A stretch of DNA of 64,000 nucleotides from Eledone cirrhosa (GCA_964016885.1 OZ024746.1:91016001-91080000); one strand, 5' to 3'. Positions 13,330 through 26,710 are shown, counted from the stretch's first letter. Numbers and translations are program-made. The notes: generated by a model not told the origin, from the letters alone.

Positions 13330-14172
13330 CGCTTGTTTACTATATATAAACATAAGGGAGGCTTAACTTCAATGGTTCCTTGTCTGAACACATATCCATC
13401 GACAATGAAGTTAAGCAAGGAGACATCCCAGCACCAACTCTTTCTTTTTTGACGTGACTCTCGTGTATGTGTTTCAGAATTGAGATGTCGAAGTATATCT
13501 GCATTTCAGGACGATGAATAAGGTATCGACACGCTTTAGGGCCAAATCAAAGACTTTCTAGTGCCATCAGAGAGTTGCTTTAATCTGACAATGTAGACCT
13601 TGTGGCTGGCACTGAGGAGGACATGCAGGCAACCGTTGACCTTCTTTCTGGAGCATGCTCTGACTTTGGGTTTACTATCAACACAGAAAAGACCAAGGTT
13701 GTATACACACCTCTGGTGGTGAAGTCTGGTTTATGATGGTTGTGATTGTTTTGAGGTCAGAAGGGTGGAACATTCGGTGTTTAAAAGAGCATTCAGGAAA
13801 GGTGATGTAGACTCAGTCCCGGAGGATATCCGGTCAGAATATGTCTGTAACATCTGTGAAATGGTTATTCTTTCTCGTGCCGAGCTTGCTAGTCATTTAA
13901 GAACTCACAACAATCAACAGTCTGGTTCCAGTTATGTTGGTGTCCTCCATAAAAGGCCTGCAGGGTAGTTGTATCAGTTTTGTCACAAAGCTTGACACAG
14001 CACATGAGAATGCATAAGGAGGAGGTTACATTCAGGACTGTCCGTGAGCCTCGTCATATCTGTAAAAGAGTGTGCAGGGGTGAGGTAGGTTTGTGGAGTC
14101 ATTCGGAGGCTCATGGGTGTTCAGCACAACGTTGAAGAGGTGGCCTTCTTCTGTAAAGAAGTGGCAATTATC
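13330..14172 (+). mobile_element. Internally deleted RTE-clade (BovB-like) LINE: RT motifs joined to C-terminal zinc fingers
   Basis: GSLSEHISIDNEVKQGDIPAPTL; IRELL*SDNVDLVAGTEEDMQ...FGFTINTEKTKV; junction near 13715; YVCNICEMVILSRAELASHLRTH plus two decayed fingers. Confidence 0.8.
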
Positions 14173-14174
<2 letters not shown>

Positions 14175-14241
<67 letters not shown>

Positions 14242-14315
14242 TATAAGTGTGTGTGTATGTGTGTGTGTGTGTGTATCTATATGTGTATATATATGTGTGT
14301 GTGTGTGTGGGTGTG

Positions 14316-14348
<33 letters not shown>

Positions 14349-14350
14349 AT
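14175..14350. repeat. (GT)n/(AT)n microsatellite
   Basis: Direct reading. Confidence 0.95.
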
Positions 14351-14559
14351 AGCGATGTTTTACCAAAACAAAAACCAAACTGAAGTTACTCCTCTCCACG
14401 TGACACTGCCTTTGTTTTTGTATTCTAACTGAAACACATCGATAACCCTGGTGGCATCTTTAAATAAAGCTTCATTATACACATCTTTGTTAATCAATAA
14501 TCAAACAGCAGTAGGTGGGTTGCTTAACCAGATAAACACCACCAGCACTAAATTGTTGC

Positions 14560-14935
14560 CAGTCTGAGTTCAAATCCCGCCGAGGTAAACTTTGCCTTTC
14601 ATCCTTACGGGGTCGATAAAATAAAGTACCAGTCACGCACTGGGGTCGATTTAATCGACTTTCCCCTCTCCCAAAATTGCGGCCTTGTGCCTATATAAGA
14701 AACCATTATTATTATTATTATTATTATTATTGCTAAAGGGCGGTGGATTGGCAGTATCGGTATAGAGGGTCGGACGCCATGCTTTGACGTATGGAGTTAC
14801 GGCCCTTGCCATTCTGAGTTCAAATTCTGCCGACGTTAACTTTGCCTTTCATCCTTACGGGGTCGATAAAATAAAGTACCAGTAATGTACTGGGTAATTG
14901 CTGGCTTTGTGCCAAAAGTAGAAACAATTATTATT
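14560..14935 (+). mobile_element. Two tandem SINE family A copies with (ATT)n tails
   Basis: ctgagttcaaatcccgccgaggtaaactttgcctttcatccttacggggtcgataaaataaagtaccagt occurs twice; second copy has head ggcggtggattggcagtatcggt. Confidence 0.92.
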
Positions 14936-16273
14936 ATCATCATTATTTTTTTGTTGTTGTTCTAGACGTCAAAACATGACAAACGGCTGGTTTACCACTA
15001 TTGTCGAGTTTGCAATTAAATTTTTATTATTTTTAAATGATGATAATGATAAAAATAATTCAACAAATCCATTTAATGATTGTTTTATTGGAAATTTTAA
15101 GTTCACGTGCTAGTTGTACGGAAGCTTAGCTTATTAAAATTTCAATCAAAAATTCATTTAATAACAGCAATATTCGTTCATTAGAGCTAAAAGAAACTGC
15201 TGTTTCTAGCTATTATTGTTGCTTAATTTCAATGTAACCTCAATACCCCCCCCCCCCCCCAAAAAAAAGGTGGGGGGGCAAACTAAATGCTTCCTCTGAG
15301 TCAGAAATTAGCCCACCCCCCACACACACACCTTCATTATTATCGGGAATAATCATAAAATATACTATGTATAATAACTAAATTTTAATTCATTATTAGG
15401 GGTATGGTCAGATAACTGTGAACAAACACTATTGTATTAGACACGACTTCAGTGGACAATACTGTTTGATGAAATATATTGATTTATTTTTGATTAGGCA
15501 GAAGGTCAATTTTTTTGTAATACAGGATATTGTCGATTAACAGATCAGGTTTCAACTGAAGGAATAGAGTTGTTTCAATCGATTATATTGCCATCACTTC
15601 AATGCTTTAGTTAAAGAGAAGACAAAAAAGGGCCAAGAATTGCCAGGGGCGGTGGAGCACCACATAAAATGCCCTATAGACTTATTTTGTTGTTCTACCG
15701 AATAAATTTTTGTGTTCAAATCCCGCCGAGGTTAAGTTTGTTTTTCATCGTGCGGGCAATAAATAAAGTACCAGTCAAATACTGATTTAAATCTTCTCTT
15801 TCTCGGAGTCAGCTACATTACACTGTGAAAAGGTTTGCGTAAGATCCCTCACAGTGTTCCTTTCTCAAGAAAGGGAGAACGGTTAAGCGAGGGACTAGCA
15901 ACCACTTCTCATAGAAAAAAAATATATATATACCACTGGAACCGTCCAAAAAACGAGCCGACGTGTAGTGATCTGATCTACTTGAGGGCGAACTTAGATT
16001 TGTTGAGAGGTAATAATTTGTTAAAGGCATTGGTCTTTTAGTGTAACCGATACTTGACGGTAGTGTCATGGCTAGTGACTTGTTCTGTCTTTGTCTTTTA
16101 CTTTCTCTGTATTAACCTTGAACGATGGTCACATTCCTAGGGACAGTCAAGATAGGTAAGTCAGGATTCTGTTAATTTTACAAATCTCTGATTGCATGGT
16201 TGATATTATTTTGCCATGTATATATGATTGAATCCTAATTGTTTTGCATTCATGTGTGTATATATTATATTTA

Positions 16274-16751
16274 CTAGCAGAAAAACCACCATTCAGGTGG
16301 TTTTCTGCTAGCATGTGTAGTGTGTATATTGATATTGTACGCAAGTATATATACATGTAGATATACGTCAAATAAAATCGTAATTGACAATATACACAGA
16401 AATTGAACGAAGACTGTGTTACACTGTCTTATGTATTCAGTAACGTAATCCATGACACATTAAAAAAGACGATATTATATATAAACTGCATTAGGAGAAA
16501 ATTAGTGACAGATAATTAATATGTTTATTTAAGCGATCGCCACCGGAAGTGTTGACATTTGAAAGTTTTAAAGAAGTAAATCTTTAAATAAATAATAAAA
16601 TATATTTAATGAACAGCCACGAAATTTAGTAGATAAATTATGTAATATTCATTCATTATTTATTCAAAGTAATCCAACTTATTTTACTAATGGGATAAAA
16701 AAATTATAAACCGTACGCAGTCCCACGCTTCTTACTTTATTATAGTTTAGA
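16274..16751 (-). mobile_element. Complete non-autonomous Helitron family 1 (478 bp)
   Basis: Minus strand reads A|TCTAAACTATAATAAAG at the 5' end; hairpin accacc-tgaat-ggtggt then CTAG|T at the 3' end; no TSD. Confidence 0.85.
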
Positions 16752-17229
16752 TTTGTAAATAATGTCACCGTGGACTTTTGTTGTATTTTCTGATGTCATA
16801 TCTATATTTTTTATCCTGGTTTCATTTCGCTTATTTCTTTAATAGATTTGGTTCTTGATTATTATTTTCGGTTTTTATGCTGTGTTGTGAGAACTAGATT
16901 TCCCGAGGGCTTAAATTCGGGAGACAACGGGGAGATGGAGTGCTCTATTACAAAATGGGGTACTATTCGCTGCAAATAATAATAGCTTAGACTTTATTAT
17001 ATGGAATCTACATAATATGACAGCTACAGCTTGATCACGTCTGTCTTCCCCATTAGGGGGCTATTAAGGCCCGTTTACGATTTTTGGAGGATTGGTGGTC
17101 CGCGTTTGATTTGCCGGATTTGGAGGGTGAGTAGGATTTGTTTAGCGGGAGTCATGGGAACAAGTTGGCGTTCGGTTTAGGGTGTTTGTTGGGGGTATAG
17201 TAGACTGATTGGGACAATAATGAATGGCA

Positions 17230-17274
17230 TTCCTGATGATTTCATACGAATGAAACAGATGTAGTCCTGTAGAG
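17230..17274 (+). ncRNA. Type I hammerhead ribozyme-like fold in a PLE remnant
   Basis: ttc-CTGATGA-tttcatacgaat-GAAAcag-atgtagtc-ctGTA-gag; stem III ACAG/CTGT, GUA cleavage triplet, short stem I. Confidence 0.55.
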
Positions 17275-17356
17275 GTCTTTTCTATATTAAATTTCCGTTT
17301 ACTTATATATTGAGTACCTTATTTACTGTGGTTACCCCCGATTCTACTCGGGATCA

Positions 17357-17607
<251 letters not shown>

Positions 17608-17683
17608 TACCCACTCTACTACCCTAAGTATTGAGTACTTTGGTGCGTTATGGTCCACCTGGTTCCTTACCACATTTCCTTCG

Positions 17684-17729
<46 letters not shown>

Positions 17730-17888
17730 AGGGAGTGTAACTTGGAGTTACTGTCGGTTCACCCGCAGATTACAGGGTCTGGTTAGATCGATACAGATCT
17801 AACCTTGAGCTGATCAGTGGCGAAACGCGCGTCACCAACCAATAAATGAAATGAAGGAGTAACCAATCGTCCTTGTTATATTTTCACT

Positions 17889-17890
<2 letters not shown>
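17730..17890 (+). mobile_element. PLE-like terminal fragment between microsatellites
   Basis: cGAAAcgcgcGTC with palindromic stem III followed by aataaa; 5' core not intact. Confidence 0.5.
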
Positions 17891-18075
<185 letters not shown>

Positions 18076-18440
18076 TGTGTCCATAATGTACATCCAGTCA
18101 CACACATACTTGCATGTCTTGTGTGTGGGTGGTTATTTATTTTCTCTCACGTAAGTATACTTTCGTGTCTTGCATCTGACGATGTTGTCGTTGATATTGC
18201 TGCTGTTGTTGTCGTTGTTATTGCTGCTGCTGTTGTCGTTGTTATTGCTGCTGTTACCGCTGCAGCTGCTGTGTGTTGTTGTTCTCATTATTATTGATTG
18301 GACATTGCATCCTGACTAAAGGAACCGAATTCCTGGCGGCACAACCTATAGAATTTCATTTCAAATGTCACTGTAGTAAAATAACGTTTGACTTCAATCG
18401 AGAGAGAGAGGAGGCGTGGGTGGAGAGTAGGGGGGGATAG

Positions 18441-18491
<51 letters not shown>

Positions 18492-18614
18492 AGACATGTA
18501 TCTAGATGTAACAGTAACTTGTTTCCTCTAGAATTTCATAAAGGTCAGACCACTGAAATATGTATTAAACTTTAGAAGATAAATATATAGACAAATAAAT
18601 AAATAAATAATGAA

Positions 18615-19021
18615 TTCTAATTCAGGCATAAGGCCAGCAATGTGTGGGGGCGAGAAACGTCGATTATATCAACCCCAGCTGTTGATTTAACCCCGTAAGG
18701 ATGAAAAGCAAAACTTATCTTGGAGGGATTTGAACTCAGAATTTAAAGGACCATTGCTATATGCCACAAAGCATGTTGTCCGACACTCTACTGGATCTGA
18801 ACGAATGACCATGCAATTTATACCTAGAAAGTTCCTCTCCAAGACACAAGTCCTGGGACGGTTGTTTGTGGAAGACCAGCACTCACCCATTCATACCAGC
18901 CTCCCTTCTACACCCATGTTGTCAAAGGGAAAGGCAATGGCTGATGCAGGTTGGCACCAGTGACGTCACATCTAATTTTTACAGCTGAGTAAATTGGAAC
19001 AACGTTAAATAAAGTGTCTTG
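18615..19021 (-). mobile_element. SINE family A (18615-18795) followed by a SINE family B-related body
   Basis: Family A core; cagctgagtaaattggaacaacgttaaataaagtgtcttgct; body homologous to 42585-42850. Confidence 0.8.
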
Positions 19022-19767
19022 CTGAAAGGCACAACATATCACCTAGTCCAGGAACCCAACTCACAACCTCAAGCCCACTAAGCCATGCACTGAAAGACAC
19101 AACACATCACCTAGTCCAGGAACCCAACTCACAACCTCAAGCCCACTAAGCCATGCACTGAAAGACACAACACATCACCCTGTCCAGGAACCCAACTCAC
19201 AACCTCAAGCCCACTAAGCCATGCACTGAAAGCCACAACATATCACCTAGTCCAGGAACCCAACTCACAACCTCAAGCCCACTAAGCCATGCACTGAAAG
19301 ACACAACATATCACCTAGTCCAGGAACCCAACTCACAACCTCAAGCCCACTAAGCCATGCACTGAAAGACACAACATATCACCTAGTCCAGGAACCCAAC
19401 TCACAACCTCAAGCCCACTAAGCCATGCACTGAAAGACACAACACATCACCCTGTCCAGGAACCCAACTCACAACCTCAAGCCCACTAAGCCATGCACTG
19501 AAAGACACAACACATCACCTAGTCCAGGAATCCAACTCACAACCTCAAGCCCACTAAGCCATGCACTGAAAGACACAACACATCACCTAGTCCAGGAACC
19601 CAACTCACAACCTCAAGCCCACTAAGCCATGCACTGAAAGACACAACACATCACCTAGTCCAGGAACCCAACTCACAACCTCAAGCCCACTAAGCCATGC
19701 ACTGAAAGACACAACACATCACCTAGTCCAGGAACCCAACTCACAACCTCAAGCCCACTAAGCCATA
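19022..19767. repeat. 68-bp minisatellite, about 11 copies, derived from a SINE tRNA head
   Basis: Unit starts at 19022, 19090, 19158; reverse complement catggcttagtgggcttgaggttgtgagttgggttcctggactaggtgatgtgttgtgtc aligns with the family B head. Confidence 0.93.
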
Positions 19768-20289
19768 CGATTTCACTTACAATAATCATCATAATAAACT
19801 CTTTCAAATTTTTCAACTGAAAAAAAAAAGACAAGAAAAAAACTATAAAACAAATAAAAACGAAAGAAAACCAAGAAATAAAGGAAACAAATCAGAAAAT
19901 ATTGAATAAAGTTATGAAATATCGAACTAAAACGTCTGAAGATGGTTAAAACTTCAAATCTTAATTGGTTTATATTAAAAATTAGTTCGATCTTAAATCT
20001 TACAAAAAAAAAACAACAAATTCGACAGAAAAGTTATTTTTTCTTTCTGTTTTTTTTTCTTTTATTATAAATGGAAGAAAATAGAAAGTAATTTAAAAAG
20101 TAACATCAAGAATATGGTTTTAGTGAAAGATTCCATTGTGAGAAGCTGAGGTAGAATTAACTCCTCCAGAGCTTAATAGGAATAGCGTCAATTGGTTTTT
20201 CCACAAGATTTCTGTTTGCACGGAACGAGATACGAGATTGTGTAATTGGTGGTGTGATTGGCTCCAACACAGAGGAAGCATCTTCAATA

Positions 20290-20346
20290 CACATACTTAC
20301 ATATATAAATGAACACTCATTCACTCATCCACACATTCACACACAT

Positions 20347-20402
<56 letters not shown>

Positions 20403-20452
20403 TTACATATATAAATGAACACTCATTCACTCATCCACACATTCACACACAT

Positions 20453-20500
<48 letters not shown>

Positions 20501-20790
20501 TTACATATATAAATGAACACTCATTCACTCATCCACGCATTCACACACACACACACACACACATACACACACACACACACACAATCATACATACTTACAT
20601 ATATAAATGAACACTCATTCACTCATTCACGCATTCACACACACACACACACACATACACACACACACACACACAATCACACATACTTACATATATAAAT
20701 GAACACTCATTCACTCATCCACGCTTTCACACACACACACACACACACTCACACACACAATCATACACACACAATCACACATACTTACAT
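20290..20790. repeat. About 95-105 bp tandem unit with variable (CA)n, 5 copies
   Basis: catacttacatatataaatgaacactcattcactcatccac repeated. Confidence 0.9.
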
Positions 20791-21039
20791 GTGTATAAAC
20801 AATCAAATAAAAAGACGAATGAAAGACACAGGTCTTCAGCCGTCGAGATGGACTTGGGCAGTTTCGACCCTTACCGACGGTATTGCTGGTCGACCGGGGT
20901 TCACAGCGTGAGACATGCTCTCTTCAACTTTAACCATCCCCGGTTCGATCCCACTTCATGACATTTTGGGCAAGTGTCATTTACCATAACCTCACGTCAA
21001 CCCATGTCTTGTTAAGGAAACCGAGTAGTGGAGACTGGA

Positions 21040-21900
21040 AGTCTTCGGATCAACTGTAAACTGAGTAATGGAGATTGTTTGAGAGTCTTCGGATCAACTG
21101 TAAACTGAGTAATGCAGATTGTTTGGAAGTTTTCGGATCAACTGTAAACTGAGAAATGGAGATTGTTTGAGAGTCTTCGGATCAACTGTAAACTGAGTAA
21201 TGGATATTGTTTGGAACTCTTCGGATCAACTGTAAACTGAGTAATGGAGATTGTTTGGAAGTCTTCGGATCAATGGTAAACTGAGTAACGGAGATTGTTT
21301 GGAACTCTTCGGATCAACTGTAAACTGAATAATGGAGATTGTTTGGAAGTCTTCGGATCAACTGTAAACTGAGTAATGGAGATTGTTTGGAACTCTTCGG
21401 ATCAACTGTAAACTGAGTAATGGATATTGTTTGGAAGTCTTCGGATCAACTGTAAACTGAGTAATGGATATTGTTTGGAACTCTTCGGATCAACTGTAAA
21501 CTGAGTAATGGAGATTGTTTGGAAGTCTTCGGATCAATGGTAAACTGAGTAACGGAGATTGTTTGGAAGTCTTCGGATCAACTGTAAACTGAATAATGGA
21601 GATTGTTTGGAAGTCTTCGGATCAACTGTAAACTGATTAATGGGGATTGTTTGGAAGTCTTCGGATCAACTGTAAACTGATTAATGGAGATTGTTTGGAA
21701 GTCTTCGGATCAACTGTAAACTGATTAATGGAGATTGTTTGGAAGTCTTCGGATCAACTGTAAACTGAGTAATGGAGATTGTTTGGAAGTCTTCGGATCA
21801 ACTGTAAACTGATTAATGGAGATTTTTTGGGAGTCTTCGAATCAACTGTAAACTGTGTAATGGAGATTGTTTGGAAGTCTTCGGATCAACTGTAAAGTGT
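21040..21900. repeat. 44-bp minisatellite, about 19.5 copies
   Basis: tcttcggatcaactgtaaactgagtaatggagattgtttggaag; preceded by a decayed SINE head (ggttcgatcccac...ttgggcaagtgtc, 20935-21040). Confidence 0.97.
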
Positions 21901-21964
21901 AATTCAAAAGACCAACTCTGTCACACACCGTGTCACGCTCAATCATCCTGAGTACGCTAAGGGT

Positions 21965-22190
21965 AAGGCCAGTGGATTGGCAGTAATCGGTAGAGCGTCG
22001 GAAAACATGCTTTACGGCATAGAGTTACGTCCTTTTATGTTCTGAGTTCAAATCTCACCGAAGTTAGCTTTACCTTTCATCCTTACAGAGTCGATAAAAT
22101 AAAGTACCAGTAACATACTGGCTGATTTAATTGATTTTTCCCTTCCCTTCAAATTGCTGGCCTTGTGCCTAAATCAGAAACCATTATTAC
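21965..22190 (+). mobile_element. SINE family A, full length
   Basis: Head, core and gctggccttgtgcctaaatcagaaaccattatt tail. Confidence 0.9.
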
Positions 22191-23319
22191 GTTAAGAGTA
22201 CACTTACACATTTATTTCATGAGAAAACAGTTCCGTTCATTGAAGAATGGGAACGCTCTTCCATGTGGTGGTCACTCGACTAGCTAGATATAACAGCCTA
22301 ATCTCCCTTAAATAGCACCCTTTTTTAAAAAAAAAACAAGACAATATCCCAGACCTCATTCGCTTACTGAGTTGGTTAAAGTCTGACCTAGGAATTGATG
22401 TTTCCATTAGTCTTTCATTGCTGACACTATCAGCCGCAACTCCTGATAGAAAGAATAACTTGAAATAAAATATCTTGCTCAAGGACATAACGCTTCACCC
22501 AGTCCGGAAATCGAACTAGCAACTTCACAATTGCGAATCCAATTTTAAAACCACTAAACCATGCGCCTGAAAACCCTGCCGCCTTAAAATGGAGGGTACA
22601 TTGGACTTAGGTCCTTCAATTAGGGTTGATCGGGGGTACATTGGGCTTAGGTCCTTCAATTAGGATTGATCAGGGACTAAATAACACCAACAACAACTAT
22701 CAGTCTTTACAAATCGTCCTTATTTGTTTAGCAGTCTGAAGCCATTTGATATTGAGTGCAACGTATCAAAGTATTTACTAGACATTATTTTCTGATGACC
22801 AAAATAATATAGCCCTGTTTTAGATAATATACCTTAGTTTTATATAGGTTGCCATCTTATCATAAATAAGTGATCATTAAGAAAATCAATATGTATATTT
22901 TTAACATTAAAAGAACTTTGTTTTTAAAAGAGGAAAATATTTCGATAACTGCTTAGTGGTTTATAAGAAGTTTTGTAACAAAAAATAAAATTTTATACAT
23001 TTGAACTTAAGCAATTATCTTTTTGTGGAAATATATAAACGTTTTTATAGGTGAAAAATGCGTTATCTGAACCGAAAGAAAAATCCTTTAACTGCTTTGA
23101 GAAGAAGAGATGTTTTATGAAAGTAATTTAGAAATGCAATGAGTTTTTTTTTATAACGTTTAAATAAAGATAACCTTTGTTAACTTTTTATCGTTTTTAA
23201 AGAAATTCTCCGTTGACAAAGAATTCTTCCAGACATAGGAATGACGTCATGTAACTAAGAAGTTTTTATTAAAAGACTAAGAAAACATGGCTTCAGTATT
23301 TATTTTGGCTCACTCGTCT

Positions 23320-23765
23320 CTAAATTCAATTCCCACCGAGATCAATTTTCCTTTTATTTCCCTTTCGATGTCGATAAAATAAAGAACCAGTTCAAGGTTG
23401 ACGGCATTATTAGGGCGGTAGAGCATCAGACACCATGCTTTTCTGCATAGAGTTATGGCCCTTTACGTTCTGAGTTCAAATCCCGCTAGTTAATTTTGCC
23501 TTTCATCCTTACGGGGTCGTTAAAATAAAGTTCCAGTAATACACTGGGATAATTGCTGGCCTTGTGCCAAAAGTAGAAACAATTATTAGAGCGTCGTGAA
23601 TTGGCAGAATTGGTAAAGCGTCGGACATGTTTCGCGGCGTGTAGTTACGTCCCTTTACATCCTGAGTTCAAATAAAGTAACAGTCACGCACTGGGGTCGA
23701 TTTAATCGGCTTTCCTCTCCCCTTCAGATTACTGGCCTTGTGCCTAAACCAGAAACAATTATTAG
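23320..23765 (+). mobile_element. Cluster of three SINE family A copies
   Basis: Core motifs at about 23325, 23470 and 23662. Confidence 0.85.
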
Positions 23766-24105
23766 AACGTCGGTTGAAATGTCTTGTAGTAATTGCACCG
23801 AATCTTTGTGTTGTGAGTCGTCTCTGTTTGTAGTTAGAGAATTTAGTGGCGGCTTTGTGCCTTCAGAAGATTGTCCGCTCTATCTTGCTATTGAGCAACA
23901 TTTTGTTATATTGCAGAATATGGAGTAGTTCCATATTGCAGAGTCTACAGTGGGATATTCCATTCTCATAAGCCCTTGCATTTGATAACTTTGACCAGCT
24001 AATTTCATATTCCTGATTAATGTTCTTAAGCTGCCAGATTTTATTGGTCAGCGTTGTTGCGTTACTGAGTTTTCTGTTTTTTATGAAGTGTCGATACATA
24101 TTTAA
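23765..24105 (-). mobile_element. Penelope-like element fragment, C-terminus of the GIY-YIG endonuclease
   Basis: NATTLTNKIWQLKNINQEYEISWSKLSNARAY...CRLCNMELLHI...LLNSKIERTIF*RHK matches the PLE pattern T.LS..IW.LK..W..C.LC..E..LN...CRH, with Cys mutated to a stop. Confidence 0.8.
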
Positions 24106-24245
24106 TAGTAGAGCAGTGGTGGGTTATATCTGTTGTAGTAGAACAGTGGTGGGTTATATCTGTAGTAGTAAAACAGTGGTGAGGTATATCCGTAGTAGCA
24201 GAACAGTGGTGGGTTATATCCGTAGTAGTAGAGCAGTGGTGCTGA
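24105..24245. repeat. 30-bp minisatellite, about 4.5 copies
   Basis: agtagagcagtggtgggttatatccgtagt. Confidence 0.9.
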
Positions 24246-24317
24246 GATTTTGAGTATCAGGTATTTGGAGGCCATGGGTTTAGCATAGTGTATATATATA
24301 GTATATATATATATATA

Positions 24318-24540
24318 TTATTAAAATAACAGATTAAAGTTTAAGCAAAGAATCGCTGCTTTCACCCTTAACGGGATCTTCAGAAGATCCCGTTAAGGGT
24401 GAAAGCAGCGATTCTTTGCTTAAACTTTAATCTGTTATTTTAATAAATATTTGCTCTACGGTTCTTATATATTTGATATATATTTATCCTTATCGAGCCC
24501 TCTTTAGATTTTAGTCTTCAAATTTATTATTATTACTATA
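24318..24540 (+). mobile_element. PLE-like terminal repeat starting with a perfect 64-bp-arm palindrome (24318-24446)
   Basis: Centre gggatcttc-a-gaagatccc at 24382; homologous to 45115-45280 and 45500-45662; flanked by (AT)n. Confidence 0.85.
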
Positions 24541-24560
24541 TATATATATATATATATATA

Positions 24561-24644
24561 TATTCTGAGGATTTGATCAGAGGTAAACAATGTAATGGAG
24601 ATCGAGTGATGCGGCTTCTAGACTCAATGAAACAATCGTTAATA
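24561..24644 (+). ncRNA. Type I hammerhead-like fold with large stem II insertion
   Basis: tatt-CTGAGGA-tttga...tcaat-GAAAc-aatc-GTT-aata. Confidence 0.45.
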
Positions 24645-25149
24645 CCTGAAATAAAGCCCCTTGTTGTACAGCCAACCATGTTACTCTTCATTCTTTCACT
24701 ATATGTGCATGTGTTCATTCATTTGTTTACTTATAACGTTGCTTTGATATCACTGGAGAATTTCTCATAACAAGTTTCCTTTGAAACTTAAAAAAAAAAA
24801 AATACAAAATAAATAAATAAGAAATAAAAATATAAAATAAAATATAAATTCAAAATAAAAAATTCATATTTCTAAATAAATAAAGAAATAAGATTCTCTT
24901 GCAGCGTTAAAAGAGGGCAATAACAAATATCTGCTGCAGAAGATTATTTTATAAACTGTTATCCTTCCGTGAACTTTCCGGGAGAAGGAGAAAAATATGT
25001 TTCACTGGAATAAAGCCAAAAAGAATTATTTCAGTAAACTACACTCTAGAAATATAGATTGTTTTGTCTTCCATAATATTACTTTAAATATTCTAAATAT
25101 GTGTAGCTCAATTGTTCTGAAATTCTTAAGACTTTGTATCGAAACACAC

Positions 25150-25565
25150 TGACACAGAGAGACATACACACATACACATACATACACACACAGAAACACA
25201 CACACACATACACACATATTCACATATAGACACACATACACACACATACACACATACCCACATACACACACATACACATATGCACTATATATATACATAA
25301 AGACAAACACACATACATTCATATATACACACACATACGTACACACACATACCACATACACACACATACACATATGCACTATATATATATATACATAAAG
25401 ACAAACACACATACATTCATATATACACATACATACATACACACACATACACACACATACATACACACACATACATACACACACATACACACACATATGC
25501 ACTATATATATATACATAAAGACAAACACACACACATTTATATATATATGTATGTGTGTATATCT
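25150..25565. repeat. (CA)/(TA)-rich low-complexity tandem region
   Basis: Repeated tatgcactatatatatacataaagacaaacacac motif. Confidence 0.9.
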
Positions 25566-26514
25566 ATATTAATCAGAAAAAACACACACTTGTATTAGGT
25601 TCATATTACAGTGTTTCATGCACGAGTTATTTTACATTCCTGCAAAATAATTTGCACATTATCCAGTAATTTCTCCTCTTCGCAGCGTTTCATTGGTACT
25701 GGAAATGTTTCGCTTCAGAGAGAAGAAGGCAAAGAGGCGAAGGGGAGATAATCTTGCTTTTTGGTTGAGAGAGATGAACACTCTTTTAGTTTGTTAAATA
25801 TATGCCACATGTTCATACATATACGCATGCACATGCGTACACACACGCACGCTATCAGTTTTAAAGTAGTGACTATGTCACTTCTTTTCGGCAAAAGAAG
25901 GGAAAGAAGCTAACAGTCTGTTCAACGCTGGTTAGCGATGATCAAAGCCACGCACCCCCTTGCCAAATATACTATACATACATTCATGTATACATCGCTA
26001 TTTCAGAGCACCAATCCTAATACCTAATTTTTGCTGGACCGGCAATCGCTCTGTTATAGTCAGCTAAGAGTATTGTAATGTCCTTGTCAGATTTAGATGT
26101 GTGACGCTCAGATATGGCTTTTCAAGCCTGCTAGAGCCTTGCACTCTTTTGCACACTGACGACAACTATTTGGGACTGAAGGACCCATTTCTTCTGTGGC
26201 CTAAGAGTCCATGCTTTTTGCCTCCCTTTCATGTCATTTACGGCATTTATAATTCTTTATTCTACTTCCCTTTACAGCCAGATCTTCTTTACCCTTCCCC
26301 CTTTTTTCATTTCTTAATTTTGTTTTTATCTTTCTTTTCCATATTTATGTAATTATCAATGGTTGTTAAACCTACTTTTTGTTTAATTTTAATAAAATTT
26401 CTGTTTCCTAATCTAAAAAACTATATGAGAGTAATAATAACTTAATGTAACTGTACCACGATGTCCTTCTCTTGTGGTGTATAGACTGATTGCACATATA
26501 CTACCGTTTATATA

Positions 26515-26710
26515 CAGAAGAGCGTCGGACAACATACTTTGCAGCATATAGTTACGTCCGTTTACGTTCTGAGTTCAAATCCTGTCGAGGTCAGCTTTGC
26601 CTTTCATCTTTAAGGGATCGATAAAATGAAGCACCAGTAACACACTGGGGTCGATTTAATCAACTTTCTCCTCACCATTTGTTGGCCTTGTGCCTAAATC
26701 AGAAACCAAA
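26515..26710 (+). mobile_element. SINE family A
   Basis: Core and tail motifs. Confidence 0.85.

Noticed and set aside
20100-20295. Possible exon (RCFLCVGANH...C...C)
   Set aside because: No convincing splice sites and every frame closes within about 55 codons
25665-25770. Plus-strand acceptor ttctcctcttcgcAG
   Set aside because: Frames close quickly and no donor or partner exon was found
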